From positions 1 through 64,000 of IMG/VR virus record IMGVR_UViG_3300033072_000957: DNA of 64,000 nucleotides. One strand, written 5' to 3'. Origin of the DNA: a virus (lineage: Duplodnaviria > Caudoviricetes). This document shows positions 39,001 through 48,425 of this stretch, piece by piece. Under the pieces are notes generated by a model. It ran no database searches, had not been told where the DNA came from, and worked only from the letters and a program-made list of their open reading frames with translations. Both the position numbers and the translations under genes were made by a program. Within the stretch, counting starts at the first letter, position 1, and each line of letters begins with the position of its first letter.

Positions 39001-41174
39001 TTTGGTTGGTCAATAATAATATTTCCATCAACCTTTATTGTTACATCATTATCACCGGCAATACCAATATAATATTGTTTACTTTGTTGTAAATCAATTG
39101 TTGAACAAAAACTTAAATAATCAGGATAATTTGGTGATGGCCAATTAGAATTTCCTGTTACCCATACACCATTGAAATTCATCCTATTACTCCAAAATTG
39201 TTGGTTTAATGATAGTGTTGGTGATGAATTTGTATTACCATCGTAAGCATATGAATTTGTTGCAGCACCTGTTAAATCATATTGGTCATAAACAAGATAT
39301 CCGAAATCACCATATGCTAAATTTGGTGACGCTACACCAGGTTGTAATGATTGAATAGTTGTTGGTGATGTTTCAATTATTTTATAACATCCACTATGAT
39401 CTTGTTTAAGTGTATAACCATCTGGACAAACACAAGGTGTTGGTGTAGGTGTGATTGTACTTGTAGATGTAACTGTTATTGTTGGTGTAATTGTTATTGT
39501 TGGTGTAATAGTTGGTGTAAGTGTAATAGTTGGTGTAACAGTTGGTGTCTGTGTTATGGTTGGGGTAACAGAAATAGTAGGTGTAATCGTTGGTGTTACG
39601 CTTATAGTTGGTGTTATAGTTGGCGTAATAGATATTGTTGGCGTTACACTTATAGTTGGTGTAATGGTTGGTGTAATCGATATTGTTGGAGTAATTGTTG
39701 GCGTTACACTTATAGTTGGTGTAATGGTTGGTGTTTGTGTTACCGTTGGTGTTAATGTAATAGTTGGCGTAATAGTTGGTGTAACAGAAATTGTAGGTGT
39801 GATAGTTGGCGTTTGTGTAACAGTTGGTGTAATTGTATTTGTCGGCGTAATAGTTGGTGTAACCGATATAGTTGGTGTTACTGTAACCGTTTGTGTTATA
39901 GTTGGTGTTATTGATATTGTTGGTGTAATAGTTGTTGTAACAGTAGGTGTATTTGTTGGTGTATGTGTTGGTTCGGGTGTTACGGTTGGTGTTATAGTTG
40001 GTGTAACACTAATTGTTGGTGTTACGGTCACTGTCGGTGTTATAGTTGGTGTAATAGAAATAGTTGGGGTAACAGAAATAGTAGGTGTAACTGTAACTGT
40101 TGGAGTAATGGTTGGTGTAACACTAATGGTTGGGGTAACTGAAATTGTAGGTGTTTGAGTTACTGTTGGAGTAACCGTAACTGTTGGGGTAATTGTAACT
40201 GTTGGAGTAACTGTCGGTGTTGGGGTTGGTGCTAATGTCGCAATTAATATAAATCCACAATCTACCGCACTTGTTGGTGTTACTGTTACAGTTGGTGTAA
40301 TAGTCGGCGTAATAGTTGGGGTCATAGTCACAGATGGTGTAACCGTTAATGTTGGTGTAATAGTCGGCGTAACAGAAATAGTCGGTGTAACAGTTTTTGT
40401 TGGAGTAACTGTTGGTGTAACAGTTTTTGTAACAGTTATTGTTGGTGTTATTGTTGGTGTAACTGTTGGAGTTTCGAATACTGGCGTTAACGTAACAGTT
40501 GGTGTGATTGTCGGTGTAACTGTTGTTGTTGGAGTAATTGTTGGAGTAATTGTTGGCGTTGGGAATTGTTCACATTCTACCGTAATGCAAGTAACCGCTT
40601 GGGTTGTTGCCCAAGGTGCGTCTAACGTTACCGTGATATTTTTTATTCCTCCACTAAAATATGATTTCGTTACACTTTGATAAACGGGTAATGGTGATGT
40701 TGTATTATCACCCCAATTTACTGTAAATGTCGCATCAAATAAACCACTCGCTTTACCTAAGTTTGTGGTATTGTAAATCGTAACATCTCCACAATTAACA
40801 TCATAAGCAAATGTTGCTCTAATTTTTTCAGTTTCAGTAATCTTACCATCAAATGGAACCATTGGTCCAAATTCATCTACTGATGATAATAATGGAATTG
40901 GTAATTGTAAATCTTCATATTTGTCACCATTTGAAGTTACTTGAACCCATTGTGGTGTTGAACCGCTATATTTATAATATCCTAAAGAAACTAATCCGTT
41001 TTGTGTGTTTCCTGATAAATTTTGAACTACATCACCGACAGATGGTCCGCCATCTGTTAATCCTGACCAAGGAATAAGACTACCATCAGAAGCATACCAA
41101 TTTTTACTTGTTGTACTAACAAGTTTTACTATTGGTATCGATTTTCTTTTTATACTATGTCTTATCCTTTTCAC
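36096..41174 (-). CDS. Giant mosaic fibre/adhesin: PKD-like, mucin TP tracts, PA14-like and BNR/Asp-box beta-propeller domains
   Basis: GTG start. TVNWGDNTT (PKD-like); three TP tracts; YYIGIAGDNDVTIKVDG (PA14-like); repeated S.DYG..W Asp-boxes (YSTDYGDTF, KSSDYGSSW, KSSDYGVTW, YSTNYGISW, KSSDNGATW). Confidence 0.82.
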   Translation of the reverse strand: MKRIRHSIKRKSIPIVKLVSTTSKNWYASDGSLIPWSGLTDGGPSVGDVVQNLSGNTQNGLVSLGYYKYSGSTPQWVQVTSNGDKYEDLQLPIPLLSSVDEFGPMVPFDGKITETEKIRATFAYDVNCGDVTIYNTTNLGKASGLFDATFTVNWGDNTTSPLPVYQSVTKSYFSGGIKNITVTLDAPWATTQAVTCITVECEQFPTPTITPTITPTTTVTPTITPTVTLTPVFETPTVTPTITPTITVTKTVTPTVTPTKTVTPTISVTPTITPTLTVTPSVTMTPTITPTITPTVTVTPTSAVDCGFILIATLAPTPTPTVTPTVTITPTVTVTPTVTQTPTISVTPTISVTPTITPTVTVTPTISVTPTISITPTITPTVTVTPTISVTPTITPTVTPEPTHTPTNTPTVTTTITPTISITPTITQTVTVTPTISVTPTITPTNTITPTVTQTPTITPTISVTPTITPTITLTPTVTQTPTITPTISVTPTITPTISITPTITPTISVTPTISITPTITPTISVTPTITPTISVTPTITQTPTVTPTITLTPTITPTITITPTITVTSTSTITPTPTPCVCPDGYTLKQDHSGCYKIIETSPTTIQSLQPGVASPNLAYGDFGYLVYDQYDLTGAATNSYAYDGNTNSSPTLSLNQQFWSNRMNFNGVWVTGNSNWPSPNYPDYLSFCSTIDLQQSKQYYIGIAGDNDVTIKVDGNIIIDQPNNQPQANFKYWHIYPVTLSAGPNVVELINYNRSSVGSFAAEIYDNTLSQLTGATSENDVNIVFSTGDYLPSRTIYGHPTNNGGALISFGTVSNGTLYGEGFCTNYSCPEGYTLDTSNPNNYVCRFTSEINCGDPVPSPTPTITLTQTPTVTVTPTLTPTVTVTPTVTPTLTPTISLTPTIFDCNTLATGTSLPYAAIAMNKASDDGSNASAIDGKYVVTAIKNGFLLYSTDYGDTFQRVTSIGTQTWNKVAVSGNGQYMLASSWNGERLNGYSGYLYKSSDYGSSWTKLTTQFAADSSSYGASTSSNNGEKNWTSISISYSGQYMTATRGDFRTTSGFDTYNNKGEIFKSSDYGVTWTKITPAGGYSKNFTSVSISNNGLYQTVVAGIPLEFSDYTGNMMHSYSGAIYISQNYGAEFTNTGVGSQGNHYSDVKVSPDGSYQLAAFHYYANSSGYDYYDWNFLYYSTNYGISWTSLEEATSGSGYPQKLWDQIDTSFEGKRSYMIRDGHVSDDHVPKVVITGENNDNAYRIGRYIPLAPSIYGKVDKMTASPSSKFNGVATSFDGTKVMIVDNTKLYKSSDNGATWSTDFICPTPTPTVTVTPTNTFTPTNTITPTITPTITLTPSVYCDFGIDVTILTPTPTPTLTVTPTITLTQTPTVTVTSTVTVTPTISLTPTLTPTITPTVTPTPDTSFVPVAREFFPVSCENRCYDTITNSYNNSTYTSFTHCLNFTNGYYVNSNTITITYGAYDRPNRFNLYVNGGLAQTSGWVGYDNTYSGPWGTAGSLNTTGTTGSFTFTYLTGSTYEMRVEVGPENPSTQLGDSYYFTISCPTIPPTPTPTVTPTKNTINYCAGGSNLSLRNGNTTTGWKWFMYETGYYNFQYPSGEYDPTTKTLTGLPSTFTPPKHPYPGYMRIIVWNCSSQQFYIIDQWTTQNGGPVRHFPSNVLTALPTALNTYEGNKFTIAPYNT
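39435..40560 (-). repeat. Longest Thr-Pro-(Thr/Ile/Val) coding repeat tract
   Basis: Degenerate 12-18 nt GTTGGTGT-type repeats encoding TPT(I/V). Confidence 0.9.
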
Positions 41175-41203
41175 CTACTATAAATAAGTTATTTTGTTTT
41201 TTT

Positions 41204-42814
41204 TTATGATGCACAATCGTACCAATTTTGCAATGTTCCGTTTGATGAAACTTCAACAATGTGTGTTATTGTTCCACCAGATGATGGTATCATTACACCG
41301 TATTTATAATTGTTTCCATTAAATTCGTCACCAGGTGTTCTATTTTCAGTATTATAAACTGTATATGTTGTGGATGGTGTTAAACCATTTGATTCGTAGT
41401 TTATATATTTTGTATAAATTTGTCCTCCAGTTGTAGCACCGCCAACATAATTAAATGCATAATTTGGTGGGTGTCCACATAACTGCGAACTTGCAACTAA
41501 TGTACTATTCCACGCATTTGTCCCTCCTCTAACTAAAGTTATTTGTGTATATAAAGGAACGGATGGTGCAATTGTTGGACAACCAAATTCATTAGTTGGT
41601 CCTACCGAATATTTTTGACCACTAGGGTTAGGGTCGGTTGTTGTTGAACCTACCACAACATAGTAATATCCAACACTACCTTCAACCCTATCTCCCGAGT
41701 CATAAACCGAAGATAAATAACCTGTTGACCAAACATCATAGTTACCACTTGAATAACCTGATTGTCCTTGAAATTCACAAGGTCTTAATCTATAATAAAT
41801 GTAAGTCGGTCCTCCTCCACTTCCGCCACTACCACCAGATGCTGGTGTAGGTGTTGGTGTTGGGGTATGTGTAGGTGTAAATGAAATTGTTGGTGTCATT
41901 GTAGGTGTTGGTGTCTGTGTCGCATTAATATTAATCACAGTTCTTCTTTCATAAAACCTAACAGGTGAAACTCCCATATTACCGTCAATTGTGTTGCCGG
42001 TAACAATACCAATTCTATTACTATATTGTGAAACTGTACCATTAAAACGATATATTCGATATGAATAATCAGTTCTATCAATATCAACTTGATAGTACAT
42101 ATCTGACACATCATTTATTTGATAAGTTGAATCAAATGGTGTATTTGTAAAATCAATAATACTACCATCAATTTTATTAAAAAATTTGGCAGTCATAAAG
42201 AATGTATTCGTATTTGAAGTTACTCCACTTAAATTTGTTTCTTCTAAAACACTATCGTCCTGAAACCAAAACAAATACATATTTTCTTTGTTTCTATAGT
42301 TTGAACCCATAAAAACAGGTACGTGAATATTTTTTCTTATTGTTGAATAAAATATTTTTTCTCCTAACGGTAATGATAGATTTTTAGCAAATACCAATCT
42401 TCGATTATATCTATTTGGAGCTTCGTAGGTGTTACCTTTTATTGGTGTTTTATAAAATTCTAATCTAAAAAAACTTTCAGATGTTGCTTTTAATAATTTT
42501 GCGTTTTCTTGTGGTGTTAAACCAATATGACTATAATCTAAACCGTTAGTGTAATCATTAGTATTTGGGTTTAAAAAATAGAAATAAAACCATATGTCAC
42601 ACTGAGTATCTCCTGAAAAACTTGTTATTCCACTATACGGTTTATGAATATAACGCATAGTTTCATAGTTGTCGATTGGGTTAACTATTTCATATAAAAC
42701 CTCATCCTCAAATTGTTGCATATTTTCTTGCCATCCCGCATTTGTTTGGAAATCGGTGTCAAAATTTAAATCAATTTTTAAGTCTTCGGTTTTTCTTAAA
42801 ATTTTCATTAACAA
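41204..42814 (-). CDS. Virion structural protein with a short TP/Gly linker
   Basis: 536 aa; conserved-looking N-terminal domain, TPT linker, and a variable Cys-containing C-terminus. Confidence 0.75.
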   Translation of the reverse strand: MLMKILRKTEDLKIDLNFDTDFQTNAGWQENMQQFEDEVLYEIVNPIDNYETMRYIHKPYSGITSFSGDTQCDIWFYFYFLNPNTNDYTNGLDYSHIGLTPQENAKLLKATSESFFRLEFYKTPIKGNTYEAPNRYNRRLVFAKNLSLPLGEKIFYSTIRKNIHVPVFMGSNYRNKENMYLFWFQDDSVLEETNLSGVTSNTNTFFMTAKFFNKIDGSIIDFTNTPFDSTYQINDVSDMYYQVDIDRTDYSYRIYRFNGTVSQYSNRIGIVTGNTIDGNMGVSPVRFYERRTVININATQTPTPTMTPTISFTPTHTPTPTPTPASGGSGGSGGGPTYIYYRLRPCEFQGQSGYSSGNYDVWSTGYLSSVYDSGDRVEGSVGYYYVVVGSTTTDPNPSGQKYSVGPTNEFGCPTIAPSVPLYTQITLVRGGTNAWNSTLVASSQLCGHPPNYAFNYVGGATTGGQIYTKYINYESNGLTPSTTYTVYNTENRTPGDEFNGNNYKYGVMIPSSGGTITHIVEVSSNGTLQNWYDCAS

Positions 42815-44565
42815 TCAATTTTTTTATTATTGAAATCTATAATTCCGTTTGATTTATTAGTGTATGCCGCCTCATTTCTTAAATAGAAATTAATATCGTT
42901 TTTTACATAATGAGTACCATTTACAAATGGGAAACTTGTACCGTATCCATCACCATCAACATAACCGTGGTCATATAAATCTCTCCATCTCCATATTTTA
43001 TCATACACATCATATGATGCATTTTCAGGTAGATTATAAATGTCATTAGTTCTTGCCGATTCCGTATATGGTGACAGTTGTCTTAGTTTAACTCTATGGT
43101 GTGGTTGATAATATAACCCAAACATATTATTAGCTGAAGAACCAGAATATGTTACACCATTATCTTGATTATAATCAAAAATTGATGTTGGGTTGCTTAT
43201 CTTATGATATGACTCACTAATGATTCTTTCTTTAATTTCTTTTTTGTTGTATTCAACAAATGCACCGGTTAATACAGTACCAATTGGTAATGTATTTCCA
43301 CTTGTAAATGTTATTGATTCTTTTACAAATGTTTTTCCTGAAATTGTTGTTTCGTTTGATGTTGTTCCACTAAAGTGTTCATCAATCCAAGTATCGTGAA
43401 AATGAAATTTATATCCTACTTTTGGCGGATAATTAAAATATCCATTACCATTTCTAAAAATTGTGGTTACATAAACTTCTGTTGGTGTGTATCCTAAATT
43501 ATTTGTTAGTCCACTTAAAACTAATGGTTCTTTAAAATCATATAAAACGGATTCCATTCTATTTCTTTCAACTAGAACGTCGTTATCACCATTCGCATTT
43601 TCAAATAATAATTTTTTTTCATCTTCAAACACAGGTGTTTCAAAACCAATTTGGTCCATAATGTATCCACCAACATCTGTCAATGTTTTATGTTTATGTA
43701 CGTAATATTCTGAAGTTGTTCCTGAAATATTATTAATATCTAAACATCTTTTTCCGATTATAATACCTGATAATGGTAAGTATTGATTTTTAATTTGTGA
43801 TTTTAAAATATTAATAACATAATTTTCTGAATCGAAAATTTCATTACCGATGCTGTTAATTTGAAAAGTATTATTTACAGAATATCCTAAACTTTTAAAT
43901 AATCCACTATTGAATACGATATATTCGCCAGCTTTCATTCCGTGCGGTACAGGACTAACTAATTCATAAGATGTTCCACTATCATTAACTCTAAATGGTA
44001 TCCCGTCACCCGCAACAAATGTTGAGACCGTACCTCCCGTTAAAGTATATTTCATTGGGTAAGTCGTACTTTTAGCGTGAACATATGTTAAATATAAGTT
44101 CCAATTGTGATATGGTGCCGACATCGCTGTAATGGTTTGGTGTTCTGTTGAACCACTACTTCTAAAAATTGGTGTGAACGTACCTAATGTATTTGATGTT
44201 GCAACGTTATTATCTTCTCTATAAACATCTTTTCTCAAAAATGCAAATTCATCATACGGAATAAAACCGTCAAAAACATTATCACTACCATCGCCATTCA
44301 AATATAATCTGTTTAGTAAATACGAATACTCAGTTGATCCGCTATACATATTTCTAAACACCATTTTTAATTTACCATAAATTTTGTAATTAGAACTTTT
44401 GTTTCTTTCATCATCATATAATTTGGCAATGTCTAAAACAATGTCTTTATCACCAATTCTTAATAACGATTCTGAAGATTCTAAATTTACTTTTAAATCT
44501 ATTTCCTCATCGGGTGCTTTACTATACCTTTTTGTTGGTAATATAATTTGTTTTTTCTCTTCCAT
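42808..44565 (-). CDS. Virion structural protein (hypothetical)
   Basis: 585 aa ORF in the structural operon. Confidence 0.75.
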   Translation of the reverse strand: MEEKKQIILPTKRYSKAPDEEIDLKVNLESSESLLRIGDKDIVLDIAKLYDDERNKSSNYKIYGKLKMVFRNMYSGSTEYSYLLNRLYLNGDGSDNVFDGFIPYDEFAFLRKDVYREDNNVATSNTLGTFTPIFRSSGSTEHQTITAMSAPYHNWNLYLTYVHAKSTTYPMKYTLTGGTVSTFVAGDGIPFRVNDSGTSYELVSPVPHGMKAGEYIVFNSGLFKSLGYSVNNTFQINSIGNEIFDSENYVINILKSQIKNQYLPLSGIIIGKRCLDINNISGTTSEYYVHKHKTLTDVGGYIMDQIGFETPVFEDEKKLLFENANGDNDVLVERNRMESVLYDFKEPLVLSGLTNNLGYTPTEVYVTTIFRNGNGYFNYPPKVGYKFHFHDTWIDEHFSGTTSNETTISGKTFVKESITFTSGNTLPIGTVLTGAFVEYNKKEIKERIISESYHKISNPTSIFDYNQDNGVTYSGSSANNMFGLYYQPHHRVKLRQLSPYTESARTNDIYNLPENASYDVYDKIWRWRDLYDHGYVDGDGYGTSFPFVNGTHYVKNDINFYLRNEAAYTNKSNGIIDFNNKKIDC

Positions 44566-47500
44566 TATTCGGCAGTTTTAAATGCACCTTTAGGTCCAAA
44601 CCTAAGCATAAATTTATCAACCGCAGTTTTACCCGGTCTCAATCCAAAATAAAATTGGAATGGTGTAGACAAAATTTGTTTTGTTCCTGTGTAATTTGTT
44701 TGTGTTGGTTTAATAATATAATCAATGTCAGAATTCCAACTTTTTGTAACCCAATTAGATGCCGAACCAACCCTTGTATATAATGTTCCTGTTGTTGGAT
44801 TAGTGACACTATTTGCCCATAAAAATGTAAACCCTTCTTCTTGATTATTAAAATCAGTGTGATTATCAACATCATCGATTCTGTCATAAATTGGCTCACT
44901 AAGAGTAATACTACTAATTGTGATGCCGGTACCGTTTGAATCTTCAGTCATTGGGAATAGTATATATTTGTGTGATGAGTCGCCCGTAAATGCGTAGTTA
45001 TATTCCATACCTTGTAGTGGTTTAACTGATACACCATTATAATCCCAATGATGGTCAGTTCCATTTCCAAAACCCGCACCATTTTTTTCCCATAAATAAA
45101 ATGGTACATCTTGTGCCGCTTCAGTTAATCTTCCTAATTCATTTAAACAAGACCTAACTCTATATCCGTCACCATCTGTTGTTCTACCACTAATAACACT
45201 CGTTCCATCTAAATAAAAATTTAATGGAAACGCACTACTATTATAAATTGAATCTAATTGTTCCGCATCTAATACTCTTGGGTTATATGCTGCGTATTTT
45301 CTATTTTGTAAATCGAATTGTTCAATACCCGCTTCACAGTTAATTGATATTAATTGTAATGCATCTCCGTTGAAGACGTATCCATCCATTTTATTCGGCA
45401 TTACAGGGTCAAATCCATTATTGTCAAAGAAGTCAGTATAATCTCCATTCGCACCTAATGTATCCATTTTGTAATTTATGTATAACCCTAAAAATTCTTT
45501 AAAGTCTTGATATGAAGATGGTCCAATGCTTCTTACAACTGAACAGTTAGGGTCCATAGATGGGTCAGTACAAATTTCTTTAATGAACTCATCTCTTGGT
45601 CCTAAATCTACAATAGTTGTTGGGTGACCTAATGTACCATAAGCTCTATAAAAATTACCACCATCAGGTGTATATGCCGACCTATAATAAAATCTTTTAT
45701 CATTCACTTTGAAATAAACTAAATTTTCACAATACTTTGTTCTTGCATAGTTTAAATCTAATTTTTCTTCGTCATCCCATCTTACTTTAGCTTTGAATGG
45801 GAAAAAATAAAATGAACCTGTCAACCAGTTATCTAAATAAGAATAATTTACTATTCCTTCACAGAATAATTTACCAACTAATTTTCTTCTTGCATATTCA
45901 CCAATCGCTTTGTAATTTGAAGTCCAGTTGTTTGTTTTAGCGGCTGGTATAATTGTGAATAAACCATATCTAAATTCAGAAAAACCACTTTTAGTAGAAC
46001 ACGTTCCACAAGGATTACTATCATTACCAATTTGTTGTCCTGCTATAATTTTACCGCCACTACAAGACGTACCGTTTTGTAACATTGTAGTTGTTAATGA
46101 ATTGTACGGTGTATTTGGATTGGTAACACAATATGTTTTAGTTACCATAGTTTCATCGTATGCGGTTACATATTGTTGACATCCTCCTTCTAATTCTGAA
46201 TTTAAAGATGATTGTGAACCTCCAGATGATGTTAATAAAGATTGTGAATCATATATTGTAAATGATTGTGGACCTGTCGGTGCACTACCAAAAATACTTT
46301 GAGTATCAAGAAAATAATAATAATCAAACCCATTTAATTGAGTTTTACTCATACTAATATTTGTAAAATTACTTGTGCTAGTAGATTTAATAATGTATCT
46401 ATTACTTGTGTCATTTACTATTGTATTTAACATACTAATATTTGAATTACTGTTTACTGCGCAAGAATATCCCCCTTGACCGTAACTTGGTGTTCTAAAA
46501 ATCATTGCTTTCGAATCTAATCCACTAAAACAAGATGAAACGAAAGACACAGGAAAAGCAACTTGTCCTGTCATTACCGTATTGTATAATACTGCAGGGT
46601 CGGTATTTGTTGATACCGCATTATTTGTGAAATCTAAGTTATCACAAGTTTCACATTCGGGATATATTGATATACCTAATCTGACTGTACCAAATCTTTG
46701 TAATGGTTCAATAACAAGACTATCAAAAAATGCGAATGGTTCCCAACAAAGTAAACACCCACCGAATGCTCTAATGTTGAATTTAACATTATCCATTAAA
46801 AATTGGAATGGGATTATCAATACTTGAACAACCGATACGAACGCATAATAAAGAATTCTTTCAAATACGTTAACAATTATCGCAAGTAAAATTGCAAAAT
46901 TAAATTTTTGTATTCCCCAATTAACCGGAGGTGTTACCACATTACTTTCACAATCTTCTTCAGCCTTTGGTGAAATATCTTTAATACCCAAATATGTGTG
47001 TCTACTAATTCCATTAGAAGAAAAGTAAGAACCCATAAATGATGATAAACTATAAACTTTGTTATAGCTCATTCTATAGAAATAATCTTTTGGATAAAAC
47101 GAACCTAAAGTATTATTAAAAATAATTGTATCGTTAACAGCCTCCGCAGGATAATCTTCCCACTTTAATGACCAGTTATATGATTTTTCATTTACACTAC
47201 CATCTGTATTTCTAAATTCTCTAATATTTGGTGCCAAGTAGCTTCCAATAGTCCTAACTCTACCTAAAGATTCATTTTTCATTGAAACTCTGAATCTATA
47301 AACACCTGTTGTGGGAATACCTTTATTTGGGTCGTTAGTCGTTTCGATTTCACCAAATTCATTTGTGTAAACATATTCTAGATTCATTGGTAATGGTAAA
47401 ACAAATGAACCATCTTCATCTACATCTTCATTTAATTCATAACTTTCAAGTATTGGTCTATCGTTTTCATCTAAGCGATTTGTAAATCTAATTACCTCAA

Positions 47501-48371
47501 TAACTGCGGGTCCTGTGATTAAATCACATTTTCTACCCATTTTACCTTTTGGTGTGCAATTTTTATTAACCGCATTGTCGCCCTGGTCACTATAAACCGA
47601 ACCTAAGAAATATGCTTTAGGTTCTATTTTTACCCCTCTACTTGATAAATCAAAATCAGTTCTTGAAATACCAATTTCACATAAATCTTGATTACCCCAA
47701 AATGGATAAACATTTATTGTTTGTTCAAATGAAACAATTTGTGGCAAGGAATCTAAATCTTCGGATGCTTTAAATTGATATGAATTTTTAAATCTATCAA
47801 GACCTTCACCTAATCGAATAAAATCATCAGGTCTTAATGAAAAACAACCAATATCAGATAAATCTACGTCAACGTGAATAATTTGTTCACCTAATGGGAC
47901 TCCCCATATCATAAAATCTCCCGCACTATTTGTTTTTACAGTATATGAATAATATTTTTCATAAACCTCTAAAACTTCTTCTCTTGTTAATATATCTGTT
48001 TGGTCAGGAAATGTACCTGTCGGTTCGTGACCTCCGTGTTGTTTTCTTGATGGTAATAAATTATATCTATAATTTGAATTGCTTTTATCCGATATTGATT
48101 TATATGGGTAAAGTGCAGATATAACAGGGTCCTGTGAGTCTTTTTCAGATAAAGGAACAAAAATCGATACTCTTGCATTTGGAATTCCAAATCCGTTATT
48201 TACACTTATTCTACCACAAACAACACCATAATCCGCACATAATGATGTATATGCGTCTTTTTGACTGAATTTTAATGATAAAATTTCAAGTAAATCGTAA
48301 TCTTGTTTTAACTCGACAGTTACCTTCTGGTCTTGACCAATATTTGTCGAAATTCTATGCTTTTGTATCAT
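44565..48371 (-). CDS. Large baseplate/tail protein
   Basis: 1268 aa; N-terminal prealbumin/carboxypeptidase-regulatory-like strand pattern (GVVCGRISVNNGFGIPNARVSIF...KTNSAGDFMIWGVPLG), a central hydrophobic segment and many Cys. Confidence 0.72.
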   Translation of the reverse strand: MIQKHRISTNIGQDQKVTVELKQDYDLLEILSLKFSQKDAYTSLCADYGVVCGRISVNNGFGIPNARVSIFVPLSEKDSQDPVISALYPYKSISDKSNSNYRYNLLPSRKQHGGHEPTGTFPDQTDILTREEVLEVYEKYYSYTVKTNSAGDFMIWGVPLGEQIIHVDVDLSDIGCFSLRPDDFIRLGEGLDRFKNSYQFKASEDLDSLPQIVSFEQTINVYPFWGNQDLCEIGISRTDFDLSSRGVKIEPKAYFLGSVYSDQGDNAVNKNCTPKGKMGRKCDLITGPAVIEVIRFTNRLDENDRPILESYELNEDVDEDGSFVLPLPMNLEYVYTNEFGEIETTNDPNKGIPTTGVYRFRVSMKNESLGRVRTIGSYLAPNIREFRNTDGSVNEKSYNWSLKWEDYPAEAVNDTIIFNNTLGSFYPKDYFYRMSYNKVYSLSSFMGSYFSSNGISRHTYLGIKDISPKAEEDCESNVVTPPVNWGIQKFNFAILLAIIVNVFERILYYAFVSVVQVLIIPFQFLMDNVKFNIRAFGGCLLCWEPFAFFDSLVIEPLQRFGTVRLGISIYPECETCDNLDFTNNAVSTNTDPAVLYNTVMTGQVAFPVSFVSSCFSGLDSKAMIFRTPSYGQGGYSCAVNSNSNISMLNTIVNDTSNRYIIKSTSTSNFTNISMSKTQLNGFDYYYFLDTQSIFGSAPTGPQSFTIYDSQSLLTSSGGSQSSLNSELEGGCQQYVTAYDETMVTKTYCVTNPNTPYNSLTTTMLQNGTSCSGGKIIAGQQIGNDSNPCGTCSTKSGFSEFRYGLFTIIPAAKTNNWTSNYKAIGEYARRKLVGKLFCEGIVNYSYLDNWLTGSFYFFPFKAKVRWDDEEKLDLNYARTKYCENLVYFKVNDKRFYYRSAYTPDGGNFYRAYGTLGHPTTIVDLGPRDEFIKEICTDPSMDPNCSVVRSIGPSSYQDFKEFLGLYINYKMDTLGANGDYTDFFDNNGFDPVMPNKMDGYVFNGDALQLISINCEAGIEQFDLQNRKYAAYNPRVLDAEQLDSIYNSSAFPLNFYLDGTSVISGRTTDGDGYRVRSCLNELGRLTEAAQDVPFYLWEKNGAGFGNGTDHHWDYNGVSVKPLQGMEYNYAFTGDSSHKYILFPMTEDSNGTGITISSITLSEPIYDRIDDVDNHTDFNNQEEGFTFLWANSVTNPTTGTLYTRVGSASNWVTKSWNSDIDYIIKPTQTNYTGTKQILSTPFQFYFGLRPGKTAVDKFMLRFGPKGAFKTAE

Positions 48372-48425
48372 CCTAATAATAAATAGAAAGTTGTGGATTT
48401 TCTACTATTATACACAAAAAACATT

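Noticed and set aside
39396-40158. Long + strand ORFs (V/G/I-rich 235 aa; Cys/Trp-rich 119 aa), and similar ones at 34323-34820, 38401-38643 and 27887-28078
   Set aside because: They are antisense shadows of the Thr-Pro repeats; ACN/CCN codons give stop-free complementary frames.
27780-40560. CRISPR array or diversity-generating retroelement repeats
   Set aside because: The repeats are degenerate in-frame coding units without unique spacers; I saw no reverse transcriptase and no adenine-specific TR/VR pair.
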